64,000 nucleotides of DNA, taken from positions 1 to 64,000 of the forward strand of contig CAWFFU010000010.1 in the NCBI GenBank assembly GCA_963815215.1, written 5' to 3'. Made by a program: the position numbers and the translations under genes. This DNA comes from an uncultured Trueperaceae bacterium (GTDB lineage: Bacteria > Deinococcota > Deinococci > Deinococcales > Trueperaceae). The first letter of the stretch is position 1; every line of letters begins with the position of its first letter. Shown here in pieces: positions 20,475-29,901 of this stretch. A model generated the notes under the pieces. The model had not been told where the DNA came from. It worked only from the letters and a program-made list of their open reading frames with translations, and did no database searches.

Positions 20475-21140
20475 TTGAGCAGGACGGCAACATCCTACCT
20501 GGCGGTGCTCGTCGGCGCGATATGCGTCTACTTCCTGGCCTACTCCCTCCCGTTTGGCCCTGCGAGAACGATCCGCAACGACGTGGTCCAAGGGATACTC
20601 ATCGGCTTCGGGTTGGCTTTCGTCACGGCCCAAGCGTACGCAAGGGTCAAGGCCCGGACGGTCAACGGTTGGGTCACCATGTTCGGGTTGGGCGTCCCAA
20701 GTAATGGCATGCTGCTGCGAGCCGCGCACGCCCAGTACTTCCCTGGGCCGGTGAACGTGCCTGAAGAGGCAATGTATTGGTGGACGAAGGTGGATGCCGC
20801 GGGCCACACGCTCAGCGGAGAGCATGAGTACAGAGTGCACTTCCCGTCGGGCGGCTTGCCGCCCAACGAGGCGTTCTGGTCGCTGACCATGGGGGATGCG
20901 AGGAATCGCTTCGTGCCGAATCCGATCGATCGCTACAGCGTGAGTGACCGGTCGGGACTGGTGCCGAACGCCGACGGCTCCATCGACATCTACATCCAGA
21001 GGACCGCTCCAGAGAGCCAGAAGCCGAACTGGCTTCCCGCACCCTCAGGCACCTTCATCCTCTGGCTTCGCGTCTACGAGCCCGGCACCGCCATTCTCGA
21101 CGGCACATACCAAGTGCCGCCGGTCGTAAGAGCGACGTGA
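20475..21140 (+). CDS. DUF1214-domain membrane-anchored protein
   Basis: NVPEEAMY...LSGEHEYRVHF...PPNEAFWSLTM...DGSIDIYIQ...NWLPAPSG.F.LWLRVYEP; TTG start inferred. Confidence 0.85.
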   Translation: MSRTATSYLAVLVGAICVYFLAYSLPFGPARTIRNDVVQGILIGFGLAFVTAQAYARVKARTVNGWVTMFGLGVPSNGMLLRAAHAQYFPGPVNVPEEAMYWWTKVDAAGHTLSGEHEYRVHFPSGGLPPNEAFWSLTMGDARNRFVPNPIDRYSVSDRSGLVPNADGSIDIYIQRTAPESQKPNWLPAPSGTFILWLRVYEPGTAILDGTYQVPPVVRAT

Positions 21141-21147
21141 TGTCGGC

Positions 21148-21738
21148 ATGAGACTTGACCATGTGCTCATCTTCGGCGCGGCCTGTGTCTCGACGTGGCT
21201 CGTGTTCATCTACTTCTGGCCGCGCTTCTTGCTGATCGTGTACAAGAGGGCAATCCTCGTGCGAGGGTTCGGCGATGGACCTGTCCCGGTCAACACGCTC
21301 TACACGGAGCCGCAGGCGCTCTTCGCGGATCCTCTCCACCCACCGGCCTCCGCGTCGGGCTTGGCGACGACGGGCGTGAACCGCGATACGCTCCTCACGA
21401 TCGGTTGGCTGAACCTCAATAGGGGACCGCAGGTCTTGCACGTACCGGACATGGCTGGTCGCTACTACAGCGTGCAGTTCACGGATCCAACCAAGAACAC
21501 GAACTTCGCCTACGTCGGAAAACGCGCCACGGGCACGGGTGCCGGCGAGTTCCTCATCTGCGGCTCGGGGTGGATGGGAACCGCGCCAGAGGGAATGGCA
21601 AGGATCGACGCACCGAAAGACTCCGCTCTCGTTGTCGGCCGCGTATTCGTCGAGAACGAGAGCGACCTCCCCACCGCACACGCGCTAGCCAAGCAGATTC
21701 AGTTCGCACCGTTAGCAGCGCAGGAGCCTATCCGGTAG
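21148..21738 (+). CDS. DUF1254-domain membrane-anchored protein
   Basis: NRDTLLTIGWLNL..GPQVLHVPDMAGRYYSVQFTD...NFAYVGKRATGT.AG. Confidence 0.85.
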   Translation: MRLDHVLIFGAACVSTWLVFIYFWPRFLLIVYKRAILVRGFGDGPVPVNTLYTEPQALFADPLHPPASASGLATTGVNRDTLLTIGWLNLNRGPQVLHVPDMAGRYYSVQFTDPTKNTNFAYVGKRATGTGAGEFLICGSGWMGTAPEGMARIDAPKDSALVVGRVFVENESDLPTAHALAKQIQFAPLAAQEPIR

Positions 21739-21840
21739 ACCCGACACCACGGCGGGCCACGTTGCGCCGGACCCATTTGCTCGCGTGGCTAGGCGCCCTT
21801 CCATCGTGACGGCGACGCGCCCAACGCTGTCGTCCCTCGC

Positions 21841-21931
21841 CTCAATGCGAGGTCCCGTAGAACCCTGGACTCCCAAACCAAAGGCGATATGCTCCAGGCC
21901 GCCATCGCTGCAACTACCCCTTGAATCCGCC
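21841..21931 (+). mobile_element. IS30-family transposase C-terminus and right end (solo)
   Basis: LNARSRRTLDSQT..DMLQAAIAATTP* followed by TTGAATCCGCC. Confidence 0.75.
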
Positions 21932-22019
21932 CTCTTGGTCGCACGGTCTTGTCGGGAACGCTCCGGTCACTACCTTGGATAGTGCCTCCTGCCCAGTGTG
22001 GATCCGGTCGTTCACGGGG

Positions 22020-22626
22020 TCACCCGCGTCGGCGATACCGGATGTGGGTGGCCAGCGGCGAGTGAAGCACCTCGACCGGCTCGAAGCCGAAGGCTTCCGT
22101 TCCGTCGAAGATGCGCTCGCCCGAACCGAGCAAGACCGGGGCGATGTCGAGGGTCAGTTCGTCGATCACCCTGGCGGCCAACGCTTGCCGGACGGTGGAG
22201 GCGCCGCCGGCGATGTCCACGCCCTTGTTCCCGGCGGCCTCGCATGCTGCGGTGTAGGCCGCGTCGAAGCCCTCGCTGACGAAGTGGAAGGTCGTCCCGC
22301 CGTCCATCTGGATGGGGTCGCGGCGATGATGCGTCAGCACGAAGACCGGCGCGTGGTACGGAGGTTCGGGGCCCCACCAGCCCGTCCAGTCCTCATCCCA
22401 GCTGCCGCGGATGGGGCCCGAACATGTTCCGGCCCATCACGTAGGCGCCCCGGGGACGCATGAGCCATCCGTTGGCGACCTTGTCGGCGTCGGTCGTTCG
22501 AGGGTCGCCCATGTGCCAGCCGTGTAGCTCCTGCCCCCGCTTCCCTAGGGGGTTCTCGCGGCTCTGCTCCGGCCCGGCGACGAAGCCGTCCAGCGAGATC
22601 GACATGTGACAGGTGGTGTCCGGCAC
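22020..22626 (-). pseudogene. Dihydrofolate reductase/RibD-C family protein, frameshifted near 22410
   Basis: MSISLDGFVAGP...YVMGRNMFGP then, in another frame, VLTHH...IAGGASTVRQAL...IAPVLLGSGERIF; RBS AGGAGGT. Could be a sequencing indel. Confidence 0.8.
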
Positions 22627-22690
22627 CGCGAACCTCCTGAGGGATGGCGAATTGCGATCCGTTGTGCCGACGATAGCAGGCCGTGACCGC

Positions 22691-22790
22691 CGGCGCCTCG
22701 ACACCCGCCCCCGGACGACCCTCGGCTACCGAACCCCGGGCGATAGATAGGCTCCAGGCCGCCATCGTTGCAATCACCCCTTGATCCACC
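22691..22790 (+). mobile_element. IS30-family transposase C-terminus and right end (solo)
   Basis: RRLDTRPRTTLGYRTPGD...LQAAIVAITP*; GCTCCAGGCCGCCATCG shared with 21891-21907. Confidence 0.75.
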
Positions 22791-22799
22791 GGTGTTGTC

Positions 22800-23359
22800 A
22801 TTGCGTTGCCCTCGGCGAGCGCTAGGCGCCACCCGGCCAAGGCCGTGTGCGTTGCGGCCCGGTTGGCATGAGCATGAGCACGATCGCAGCAACCACGGCA
22901 GCGACGGTCAGGGTGATCCCTCAGGTCAGGATGATTCCGGCAGGTGCCACGATCGATTGGCCGATGAGCGCCTGCGAGGTCAGCAACACGACTGTCGCAG
23001 CGAGGGTGGCGACAGCAAGCAAGACCAGCCGTGAACGCCGACGGGCATCGCGCAAGGCCGGTACTCTCAAGGAGAGCATCTCAAGCAGGAGCACGAACAA
23101 TGGTAGCGCCTGGAGGTCGACATGCCGACGAGGTGGGGGATACGCAGGTCTCCTGCGACGGTGCTCCGGCCGAGCAGCGGAAGCCCGGGGCCGCCGTCTG
23201 CGAGCCCGACGGGAGTCGTCCGATCAACCAGGCGAGGGTGAGCGCGTAGATGCCGATGGAGAGGGCGAACTTCAGTGGTTTGAGCCACACTTCGGCGTTC
23301 GTGACCTCGCGCGAATCCATGAGAGCGCCCGCGATGTTGAGGATCACGAGCCCGCTCAT
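22800..23359 (-). pseudogene. Conserved membrane protein remnant
   Basis: WLKPLKFALSIGIYALTLAW and GDLRIPHLVGM motifs lie close together in different frames; internal stop near 22921. Confidence 0.55.
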
Positions 23360-23961
23360 CCTGAGAGTGGTCGCGTGCGTGCCTGGACCGCGACTGGGAT
23401 GGCGGCAGGTGCGCTGAAGCCGCGAACCAGGAGCCAGGTGGCGAAGGCGAGCTCGAACAGGCCGCCCGGGATGGCGGCCGGAAGGCCCGCTCCCGCGACC
23501 CCGAGGAGCTCGAGCACGCAGCCGGTGGCGAACGCCGCGTAGCCGATGAATCCCCAGCCTGCCAGGAAGCGCGGAACGAGTCGTGCCCGGTAGAGCGCGA
23601 TGCAGAGGAACAGGCTTCCGATACCCAGGCCCGCCATCGCGACGTTGTACGCGAGGACGTTGGTAGCGACCGCACCCATGACAAGTGCGATCGCGCCGCC
23701 GGCGAGCAGCACGCCCTCGAACAGGCGAGTGGCCATGTATCCGACGGCCACCGCCGCAGAATGCGGCCGCAGGATCGGATACAGGAACGCGCCGATCGCG
23801 ACCACCGCTACCGTGTTGAGGAGCATCATGACGACCCCGATCGATAGTGGGGCGCTGCCGAGGGCTGCAGTAGTCGCCAAGGACGTGCCTATGCCGTAGA
23901 GGAAGAAGGCGGCGAGCATGAGCGTTCCGACGGAACGGGCGATGGTGCGGGAGTTCTTCAT
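23356..23961 (-). CDS. DUF4386-family membrane protein
   Basis: AVGYMATRLFEGVLL, RARLVPRFLAGWGFIGY, PGGLFELAFATWLLVRGF. Confidence 0.85.
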   Translation of the reverse strand: MKNSRTIARSVGTLMLAAFFLYGIGTSLATTAALGSAPLSIGVVMMLLNTVAVVAIGAFLYPILRPHSAAVAVGYMATRLFEGVLLAGGAIALVMGAVATNVLAYNVAMAGLGIGSLFLCIALYRARLVPRFLAGWGFIGYAAFATGCVLELLGVAGAGLPAAIPGGLFELAFATWLLVRGFSAPAAIPVAVQARTRPLSG

Positions 23962-23990
23962 AGTGGCGTCCAATCTCGTACATCATTTCG

Positions 23991-24040
23991 ACCATACGGC
24001 GTAAGGTCGAATGACAAGACGATACCATACGATGTAAGGT
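23991..24040. promoter_or_regulatory. Two TetR-type operators between divergent genes
   Basis: ACCATACGGCGTAAGGT (23991-24007) and ACCATACGATGTAAGGT (24024-24040), both imperfect palindromes. Confidence 0.7.
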
Positions 24041-24047
24041 GGTGTCC

Positions 24048-24719
24048 ATGGCCACGTCGAAGACCAGGGAACCTGTCACCCGAGAGCGAGCGATACGGGC
24101 CGCAGTGGCACTCGCCGACGAGCGCGGCATCGAGTCGCTGAGCATGCGCAAGTTGGCCGTCGAGCTCGGCATCGAAGCCATGTCGCTCTACTACCACGTG
24201 AAAGGCAAAGACGACATCCTCGACGGGATGCTCGACATCGTCAACTCCGAGTTCGCGACGCCGCAAGCAGGCGACGAGTGGCGCTCCGCGATGCGCGAGA
24301 GGGCGGAGTCGACACGGCGTGTGCTCGCACGGCATCCCTGGGCCATCAGCATCAAGGCCCGAACCTCACCTGGGCCCGCGACCCTTGGTCACCTGGATTC
24401 GGTGATCGGCTGCTTCACGGCTGCTGGCTTCTCGATGCCCTTGATAGGCCATGCCATCTCGATCCTCGACAGTTACGTGCTGGGGTTCGCGCAGCAGGAG
24501 GCCACGCTGCCCCTCGATCCCTCCGGCGACATCAGCGCCGCAACGGAGGACATCGTGGCGCAGCAGGAAGCGATGGCCGAGACGTTCCCGCACCTGGCCG
24601 ACATGGCAACGAATCTCGTGCTGCAACCGGGATACGCGTACGGCAACGAGTTCGACTTCGGACTCGGGCTCATTCTCGACGGCATCGGTGACGCGTTCGC
24701 GGCCGAGACGAGCGCGTAG
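24048..24719 (+). CDS. TetR-family regulator (TetR_C type)
   Basis: AAVALADERGIESLSMRKLAVELGIEAMSLYYHVKGKDDIL...EFDFGLGLILDG. Confidence 0.92.
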   Translation: MATSKTREPVTRERAIRAAVALADERGIESLSMRKLAVELGIEAMSLYYHVKGKDDILDGMLDIVNSEFATPQAGDEWRSAMRERAESTRRVLARHPWAISIKARTSPGPATLGHLDSVIGCFTAAGFSMPLIGHAISILDSYVLGFAQQEATLPLDPSGDISAATEDIVAQQEAMAETFPHLADMATNLVLQPGYAYGNEFDFGLGLILDGIGDAFAAETSA

Positions 24720-25101
24720 CTCACGGTTCGGCTCCTTGCCGTATGGGAAACCGGGAAGCACCGGACAAGGTCTCGTCATGGTGGTGTCTTCCTCGCTGTC
24801 GGACTGGCCCAGCTGGGCACGAACGGGTGGGGCCCCGCTCGGACCGACGCACGCCGTCCGACCTTGACATTCGTTCGTCGGATGTCTACCCTTGACCCCA
24901 ACCCATACTCGGTACGAATTGCGGTGGACGGAGCGACGCCATGACCGGACTGACGGGTACCCACCTGGACCTAGGCCTGGACCACGGACCACGCACCATG
25001 GACCGTCTCCGGCTTCTTGCCGTGCCGGTGCACGTGCCAACCCCTGTCGGGATGGGTCGGTGGCCTTCTGTGCGTCCGCAAGTGCTTGCAGCGGGTGGCT
25101 G

Positions 25102-26544
25102 ATGCAGGTCCTGCGATCGCTGATGAGCCTTGCACCCGTGATCCTTGCGCTTGGCATGAGCGCCGCTTCGGCCGCCAGTGCCCCTGAAGGATCGATAGAG
25201 GAGTTCATCGATAGAGCCATGCCGGCTTCCGCCGTGCCCGGTCTGGCGTACGCCGTCGTGACCGACGGCGATGTCACGTCGGTGGGCGCGCGCGGGGTCG
25301 TCAAGCTCGGGGGCGACACGGCCGTCACGCCGGACACGCCATTCGTGATCGGCTCGATCTCCAAGAGTTTTACGGCACTCGCCGTGATGCAACTGGTCGA
25401 GGCGGGCAAGATCGACCTGGATACCGGACTCTCGCACTACCTTCCCGAGTTCTCGGGCCAACCGGCAGGCGCGATCACGATCCGGCAGTTGCTCAGCCAC
25501 ACGAGCGGCTACTCCACCATGCAGGGGAACGCCTCGCATGTGGGCACTACCGGCGAGAAGGATGAACTCGCGCGCGGGGTTGAACAGCTGGCAGGGGTGA
25601 GTCCTGCCTACAAGCCCGACGAGACGTGGGATTACTCCAATGCGAACTACGAGATTCTTGGTCGACTGATCGAAGTCGTGAGCGGACAGGAATACCAGAC
25701 CTATGTGGCAACCAACATCCTGGAGCCTGTAGGAATGAGCCACAGTTTCGTCGCTGACGGCGAGATCCACGCGTCCATGGCGACCGGGCACCGGCCGTGG
25801 TTCGGCACCAGACTGCCGATCTCCGACAACACGACCGACCGCGCAACGGCTCCGCAAGGCGGAATCGTTGCGAGCGCCAGCGATCTGGCGCGCTATCTGG
25901 GCATGATGATGAACGGCGAGGACGATGTGCTGAGCGCCGAGGGTAAGGCGCTGATGATGCGCCCAGCCAGCGAAGCATCGCCGGATTACGGCTTTGGCTG
26001 GCATGTGGATTCCGTCACCGGGGCGGTGTGGCATGACGGGGTCAGCCCTGGCGTCGAAACGCTCGCGACGATGCTCCCTGCCGAGAAGAAGGCGGTCATC
26101 GTGCTCGTCAACGGCGGCAGTGGAATGGGCTTCTCAGAGACGGGCCACCTGCGCGTTGGCATCTCCGATAGGGCACTCGGCCTCGGCTACGACAGCGACG
26201 GGGGCGGATGGTCCCGAAAGGCTCTGTTCATCGCTTTGGTGGTCCTGCCGATCCTCTACGTCCTCGGTATGATCAGGGTGTGGATCGACCGCGCCAGGGT
26301 TCGCGCCAAGCCTGGTTCCGGAGCTTTCGGCCTGTTCAGCTTATGGTTCCCGCTGCTCACCACGGGCGTCGCGGCGTGGGTTCTACTCGGCCTGGTGCCG
26401 AGCCTGTACGGCACGCCGATCAGGACCTTGATCGACTTCGTACCCGATTTCGTTCTGGCCCTCGTCGCATCGGCAGTCACCGGTGTGCTGTTCGCCGTGT
26501 TCAGACTCGGGGTGGCGTATACCGGCAGGACCCGCCCGGCCTGA
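25102..26544 (+). CDS. Serine hydrolase (beta-lactamase/PBP family) with C-terminal TM helices
   Basis: SISK (SxxK), LLSHTSG, YSN, WHDG; signal peptide; start reassigned to ATG 25102. Confidence 0.88.
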   Translation: MQVLRSLMSLAPVILALGMSAASAASAPEGSIEEFIDRAMPASAVPGLAYAVVTDGDVTSVGARGVVKLGGDTAVTPDTPFVIGSISKSFTALAVMQLVEAGKIDLDTGLSHYLPEFSGQPAGAITIRQLLSHTSGYSTMQGNASHVGTTGEKDELARGVEQLAGVSPAYKPDETWDYSNANYEILGRLIEVVSGQEYQTYVATNILEPVGMSHSFVADGEIHASMATGHRPWFGTRLPISDNTTDRATAPQGGIVASASDLARYLGMMMNGEDDVLSAEGKALMMRPASEASPDYGFGWHVDSVTGAVWHDGVSPGVETLATMLPAEKKAVIVLVNGGSGMGFSETGHLRVGISDRALGLGYDSDGGGWSRKALFIALVVLPILYVLGMIRVWIDRARVRAKPGSGAFGLFSLWFPLLTTGVAAWVLLGLVPSLYGTPIRTLIDFVPDFVLALVASAVTGVLFAVFRLGVAYTGRTRPA

Positions 26545-26550
26545 TTGGAG

Positions 26551-26575
26551 ATGCAGTGTTGCAGCGACCCGTGCA
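26551..26575 (-). mobile_element. IS30-type inverted repeat, inverted relative to 14779
   Basis: ATGCAGTGTTGCAGCGACC is the reverse complement of GGTCGCTGCAACACTGCAT (18/19 match to 14779-14797). Confidence 0.6.
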
Positions 26576-26622
26576 TCTGGTGCACACGTCGGTAGGTCAT
26601 CTTCCGGGTGCGAGTAACCGTC

Positions 26623-26643
26623 TGACAGCTAATCGACAGCCAA
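26623..26643 (+). repeat. Putative arm-type site, 136 bp before att copy 5
   Basis: TGACAGCTAATCGACAGCCAA. Confidence 0.7.
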
Positions 26644-26758
26644 CCCAGCGTCGTCGGATGGATACGGGCAGCACGTGGTGGGATGGTGAAGACCGGGGGT
26701 AGCGTAAGGGACGCTATTCCGGGACGTGCCGCCACGACTGGGGAGGGCTCCAGTGCAG

Positions 26759-26803
26759 TGCACACGCGAGGGGTCGTAGGTTCAAATCCTATACCGCCCA
26801 CCA
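26759..26803 (+). repeat. att copy 5: tRNA-Val 3' half
   Basis: TGCACACGCGAGGGGTCGTAGGTTCAAATCCTATACCGCCCACCA, 1 mismatch; type-B right flank TCGAAAGAGGCGTGCAG. Confidence 0.95.
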
Positions 26804-26830
26804 TCGAAAGAGGCGTGCAGGACATAGGAA

Positions 26831-26862
26831 GCCGGGTAGGCAGTCAGCTACCCGGCGCTTTC
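26831..26862 (+). terminator. Hairpin after att copy 5
   Basis: GCCGGGTAG-8 nt-CTACCCGGC followed by GCTTT. Confidence 0.55.
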
Positions 26863-26997
26863 GTGCGGCCGATCGTGCGGCGCTCGAGGCCGGACAGGAC
26901 CGTTGGTCGCCCGCGGGCGGTGCTCCGTGAAGCCCGCCAAGGCAGGTACGTCGAGGGCTCAGTGGAGCGGCCGGTTCGACGGTGGCGGCGGTCGTGC

Positions 26998-27165
26998 CTA
27001 CGGTTGTCTGAGGAATCTCAGGTAGAAGGCCGCGAAGACCAGGACGATTCCGATGTTCGCGAGCAGCCGTTCCACGAATCGATGTCTGAAGAACAGCAGG
27101 TCAGCACCGACGATCGCGGCGATCATGGTCACGGCGAAGAGCGCCAGGGTTGTCGGTCTCGTCAT
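26998..27165 (-). CDS. Small two-TM protein (55 aa), below the ORF-track cutoff
   Basis: Hand translation MTRPTTLALFAVTMIAAIVGADLLFFRHRFVERLLANIGIVLVFAAFYLRFLRQP*. Confidence 0.65.
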   Translation of the reverse strand: MTRPTTLALFAVTMIAAIVGADLLFFRHRFVERLLANIGIVLVFAAFYLRFLRQP

Positions 27166-27272
27166 GCTCGATCACCCGCTCGAGTGTACGCCCTCTCGAT
27201 TCGCGGGCTCGCCGTGGCTCCGGATATCGGCGGCCAGACCGAGAATGGGTCTGGCCGCCATCGCCTGTGCGT

Positions 27273-28565
27273 CTAGGGCGTGTTGATCGGCAGACCGGGC
27301 GCCGGCGGGCTGAACGCGAAGTTCTCGACGTCGGTATTCCCGATCGGGGAGATGATGACATCAGGTGTGGGCGTCACGGAACCCGACAACGAAGACGGGT
27401 TGGTGAAGCGCCGCAGATCCTTCGAACCGTAATCCGCCACCCACAACGCGCCGCTGGCGTCGAACGCCAGGCCCTCCGGGTGCGTTCCCAGCGATGCGCT
27501 GCCGATGGTGGCGGTCGGCGTCGGGTTGCCCGAACTCGTGAGCTGAGACGCGGCGTAGTGAACCACACTGATCGTGCCATAGGCGTTCGCGGCCCAGAGA
27601 CCGCCGCTGGCGTCGAACGCGATCGCGTACGGTTGGGACAGGCTCGGGGTGGCATCGGCACCGATCGTCACGCTCGGCGCAGGGTTTCCGGTAGCCGCCA
27701 GCTGTGCCGGCGTGAACGCCACCAACGTGCTATTGGAACTGTTCGCGACCCACAGGTCGCCAGAGGCATCGAACGCGAGGCTGAACGGATCGGAGATACT
27801 GGCCCCGTTCGTGCTGATCGTCACGGCCGGCGCGGGGCTGCCGGAACCCGCGAGCTGCGCCGGCGCGAACATGAGCAGCCGACCGTGCCCAGGGTCTCCC
27901 ACCCACAGGTCGCCCGTCGCATCGAACGCCATGCCGACGACCGTTGTCGAGGACGCGGTGATGTCGAGGGTCACCGCCGGTGAGGGCGAGCCCGAGGTGG
28001 CCAGCGAGGCAGCGTCGAAGCGATCGAGGTAACCGCCAGAATCTGCCACCCAGAGGTTCCCGGCATGGTCGACCGCCACCGCCTCACTGCTGTTGGACAC
28101 GACGCTCGAGAGAAGGACGTCCGGGCCCGTCGAGCTCGTCGCCGCCAGCGTGTCATGCTGATACGCTCCAACATCCGCAGACAACGGCAGCCAAAGGTGC
28201 CCGGAGCCGACCCGCAGGGCGTAACTCACCGTCGCGGACGAGGTCGTGTTGGCCGTCACCGTCACCGTCGAGGACGACGCGCTGCCGTCATACATCACCG
28301 GAACGATGGTGTTGCCGTCCGACGCCGCGCCCACCGCCACCGAGTACGTACCCAGCGCCAGATTCGACAGCGTGTTCGTCGCCGTAACGGCCTGTGTGTA
28401 CCCTCCCGGGCCCGTCACCGTCACCACGCCGTTCACGCCCGACGGCAAGCCGTTCACCGTCACCAGCAGGCTCCCCGTCGCAGGCGCGGAACTACAGGCG
28501 GCCAGCACCACTACCAATAGCAACGCAGCGACCGACAGCACGAGAATGCGAATTCGCCTCATCAC
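27273..28565 (-). CDS. NHL-repeat beta-propeller lipoprotein
   Basis: Lipobox LAAC, Ig-like N-terminal region, repeated (L/I)AFDASGxLWVA units. Confidence 0.85.
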   Translation of the reverse strand: MMRRIRILVLSVAALLLVVVLAACSSAPATGSLLVTVNGLPSGVNGVVTVTGPGGYTQAVTATNTLSNLALGTYSVAVGAASDGNTIVPVMYDGSASSSTVTVTANTTSSATVSYALRVGSGHLWLPLSADVGAYQHDTLAATSSTGPDVLLSSVVSNSSEAVAVDHAGNLWVADSGGYLDRFDAASLATSGSPSPAVTLDITASSTTVVGMAFDATGDLWVGDPGHGRLLMFAPAQLAGSGSPAPAVTISTNGASISDPFSLAFDASGDLWVANSSNSTLVAFTPAQLAATGNPAPSVTIGADATPSLSQPYAIAFDASGGLWAANAYGTISVVHYAASQLTSSGNPTPTATIGSASLGTHPEGLAFDASGALWVADYGSKDLRRFTNPSSLSGSVTPTPDVIISPIGNTDVENFAFSPPAPGLPINTP

Positions 28566-28779
28566 AGCCCCCTCTCAGACTGGACACATGTTGTGCAGTA
28601 TAGGGGGTCGGCGGACGCAACGGGCCGAGGAGCGTTCTCGGGCCGGAGGCCGGGCGGCCGGCGGAGACTCCGTTCGAAGTGATCCCTCCACGTGACGTCG
28701 GCCAGCGGTGCCGTCGCCGCTCAGGTCGGTTCTCCGCGCTCGAGCTCTTCGCGCAGCAGGGCTACTCCGCCACGACGAG

Positions 28780-29653
28780 GCTCCTCCCAGTCGACGGTAG
28801 ACCTCGTGCGCCGTGACGAAGTCGCGGCGGTCCAGCCCCAGACCGCGGCAGGCGTTCATCATCTCGTTCGCGGCCGCCGCCAGGGGAACCGGAGAGCCCA
28901 GCCTGCGACCCTGCTCCAGGACGAGCATCATGTCCTTCTGCTGGAGGTTGACGTCGGCGAGCGCCTGCTCGGGCATGTGACCCTCCAGGATGAACGGGCC
29001 GCGGTAGCCGAGCACCGGTGACGCGGCGACGCTGTTCAGCACCGCGTCGACGGCGACCTCCCGATCGACGCCCCCCTTCTCGGCCAGCGGATCCCCTCGC
29101 CGAACGCGATGACCTCGACCATCAGCACGAGGTTGATGGACAGCTTCATCTGCGCCGCCGTCCCGTTCGCGCCGATGTAGGAGGCCCTGGCGCCGATGTC
29201 GAGCAGCACGTGCTCGACCCGCTCGAAGGCGTCCCGGTCGCCGCCGACCATGATGGACGCCTTCCCCTGCTCGAGCGTCACGGGGCTGCCGGACAGCGGC
29301 GCGTCGAGCATCGTGAGCCCCGCCTCCGCGAAGGCGGCGGCTACCGCACGGCTCTCGGCCGGGTCGATGGTGCTCATGGTCAGGTAGATCCCGTCGGCGG
29401 ACAGGCCCGCCACGATGCCGTCGTCGCCAAGCGCCACCGCACGCACCGCGGCCGCGTCCGTCACGATGGAGAACACCACCTCCGACGCGCGCGCCACGTC
29501 CCTGGGGCTGTCGGCCCAGGCCATGCCCGCGCTCACGAGCCCGGCTGCTTTGCCATCCGTCCTGTTCCACCCGGTCACCACGTGCCCGGCCGCGAGCAAA
29601 CGCTGCACGATCCCGGCACCCATGGTTCCGATCCCGACCATTCCGACGTTCAT
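28780..29653 (-). pseudogene. 3-hydroxyisobutyrate dehydrogenase-family oxidoreductase, frameshift near 29090
   Basis: VGMVGIGTMG, LDAPLSGS, AQMKLSIN; C-terminal LAEKGGVDRE...LQQKDM in another frame; 3' end uncertain. Confidence 0.8.
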
Positions 29654-29901
29654 GTGCATTCCCAATCCCCGGTTCTTTCGTTGGGGGCCACTGTAGGTGG
29701 CCAGCCCGTGCCGAACAAGGGCGCGGTCACGGCCTCGCACGTGCCCGCGGGACCATTTGCCCTTGGCCCCCGCGAAGCGGACCGGCACGCTACAGGGAGC
29801 GACGGCCCCGAGCGGGGCGTCGCGAGCACGTCGAGCCACCGGGCACCGCTGCCCCGTCGCCGTTCTCGTCGCGGCCGAGCCCGCTGGTACGGAGGAGATC
29901 C

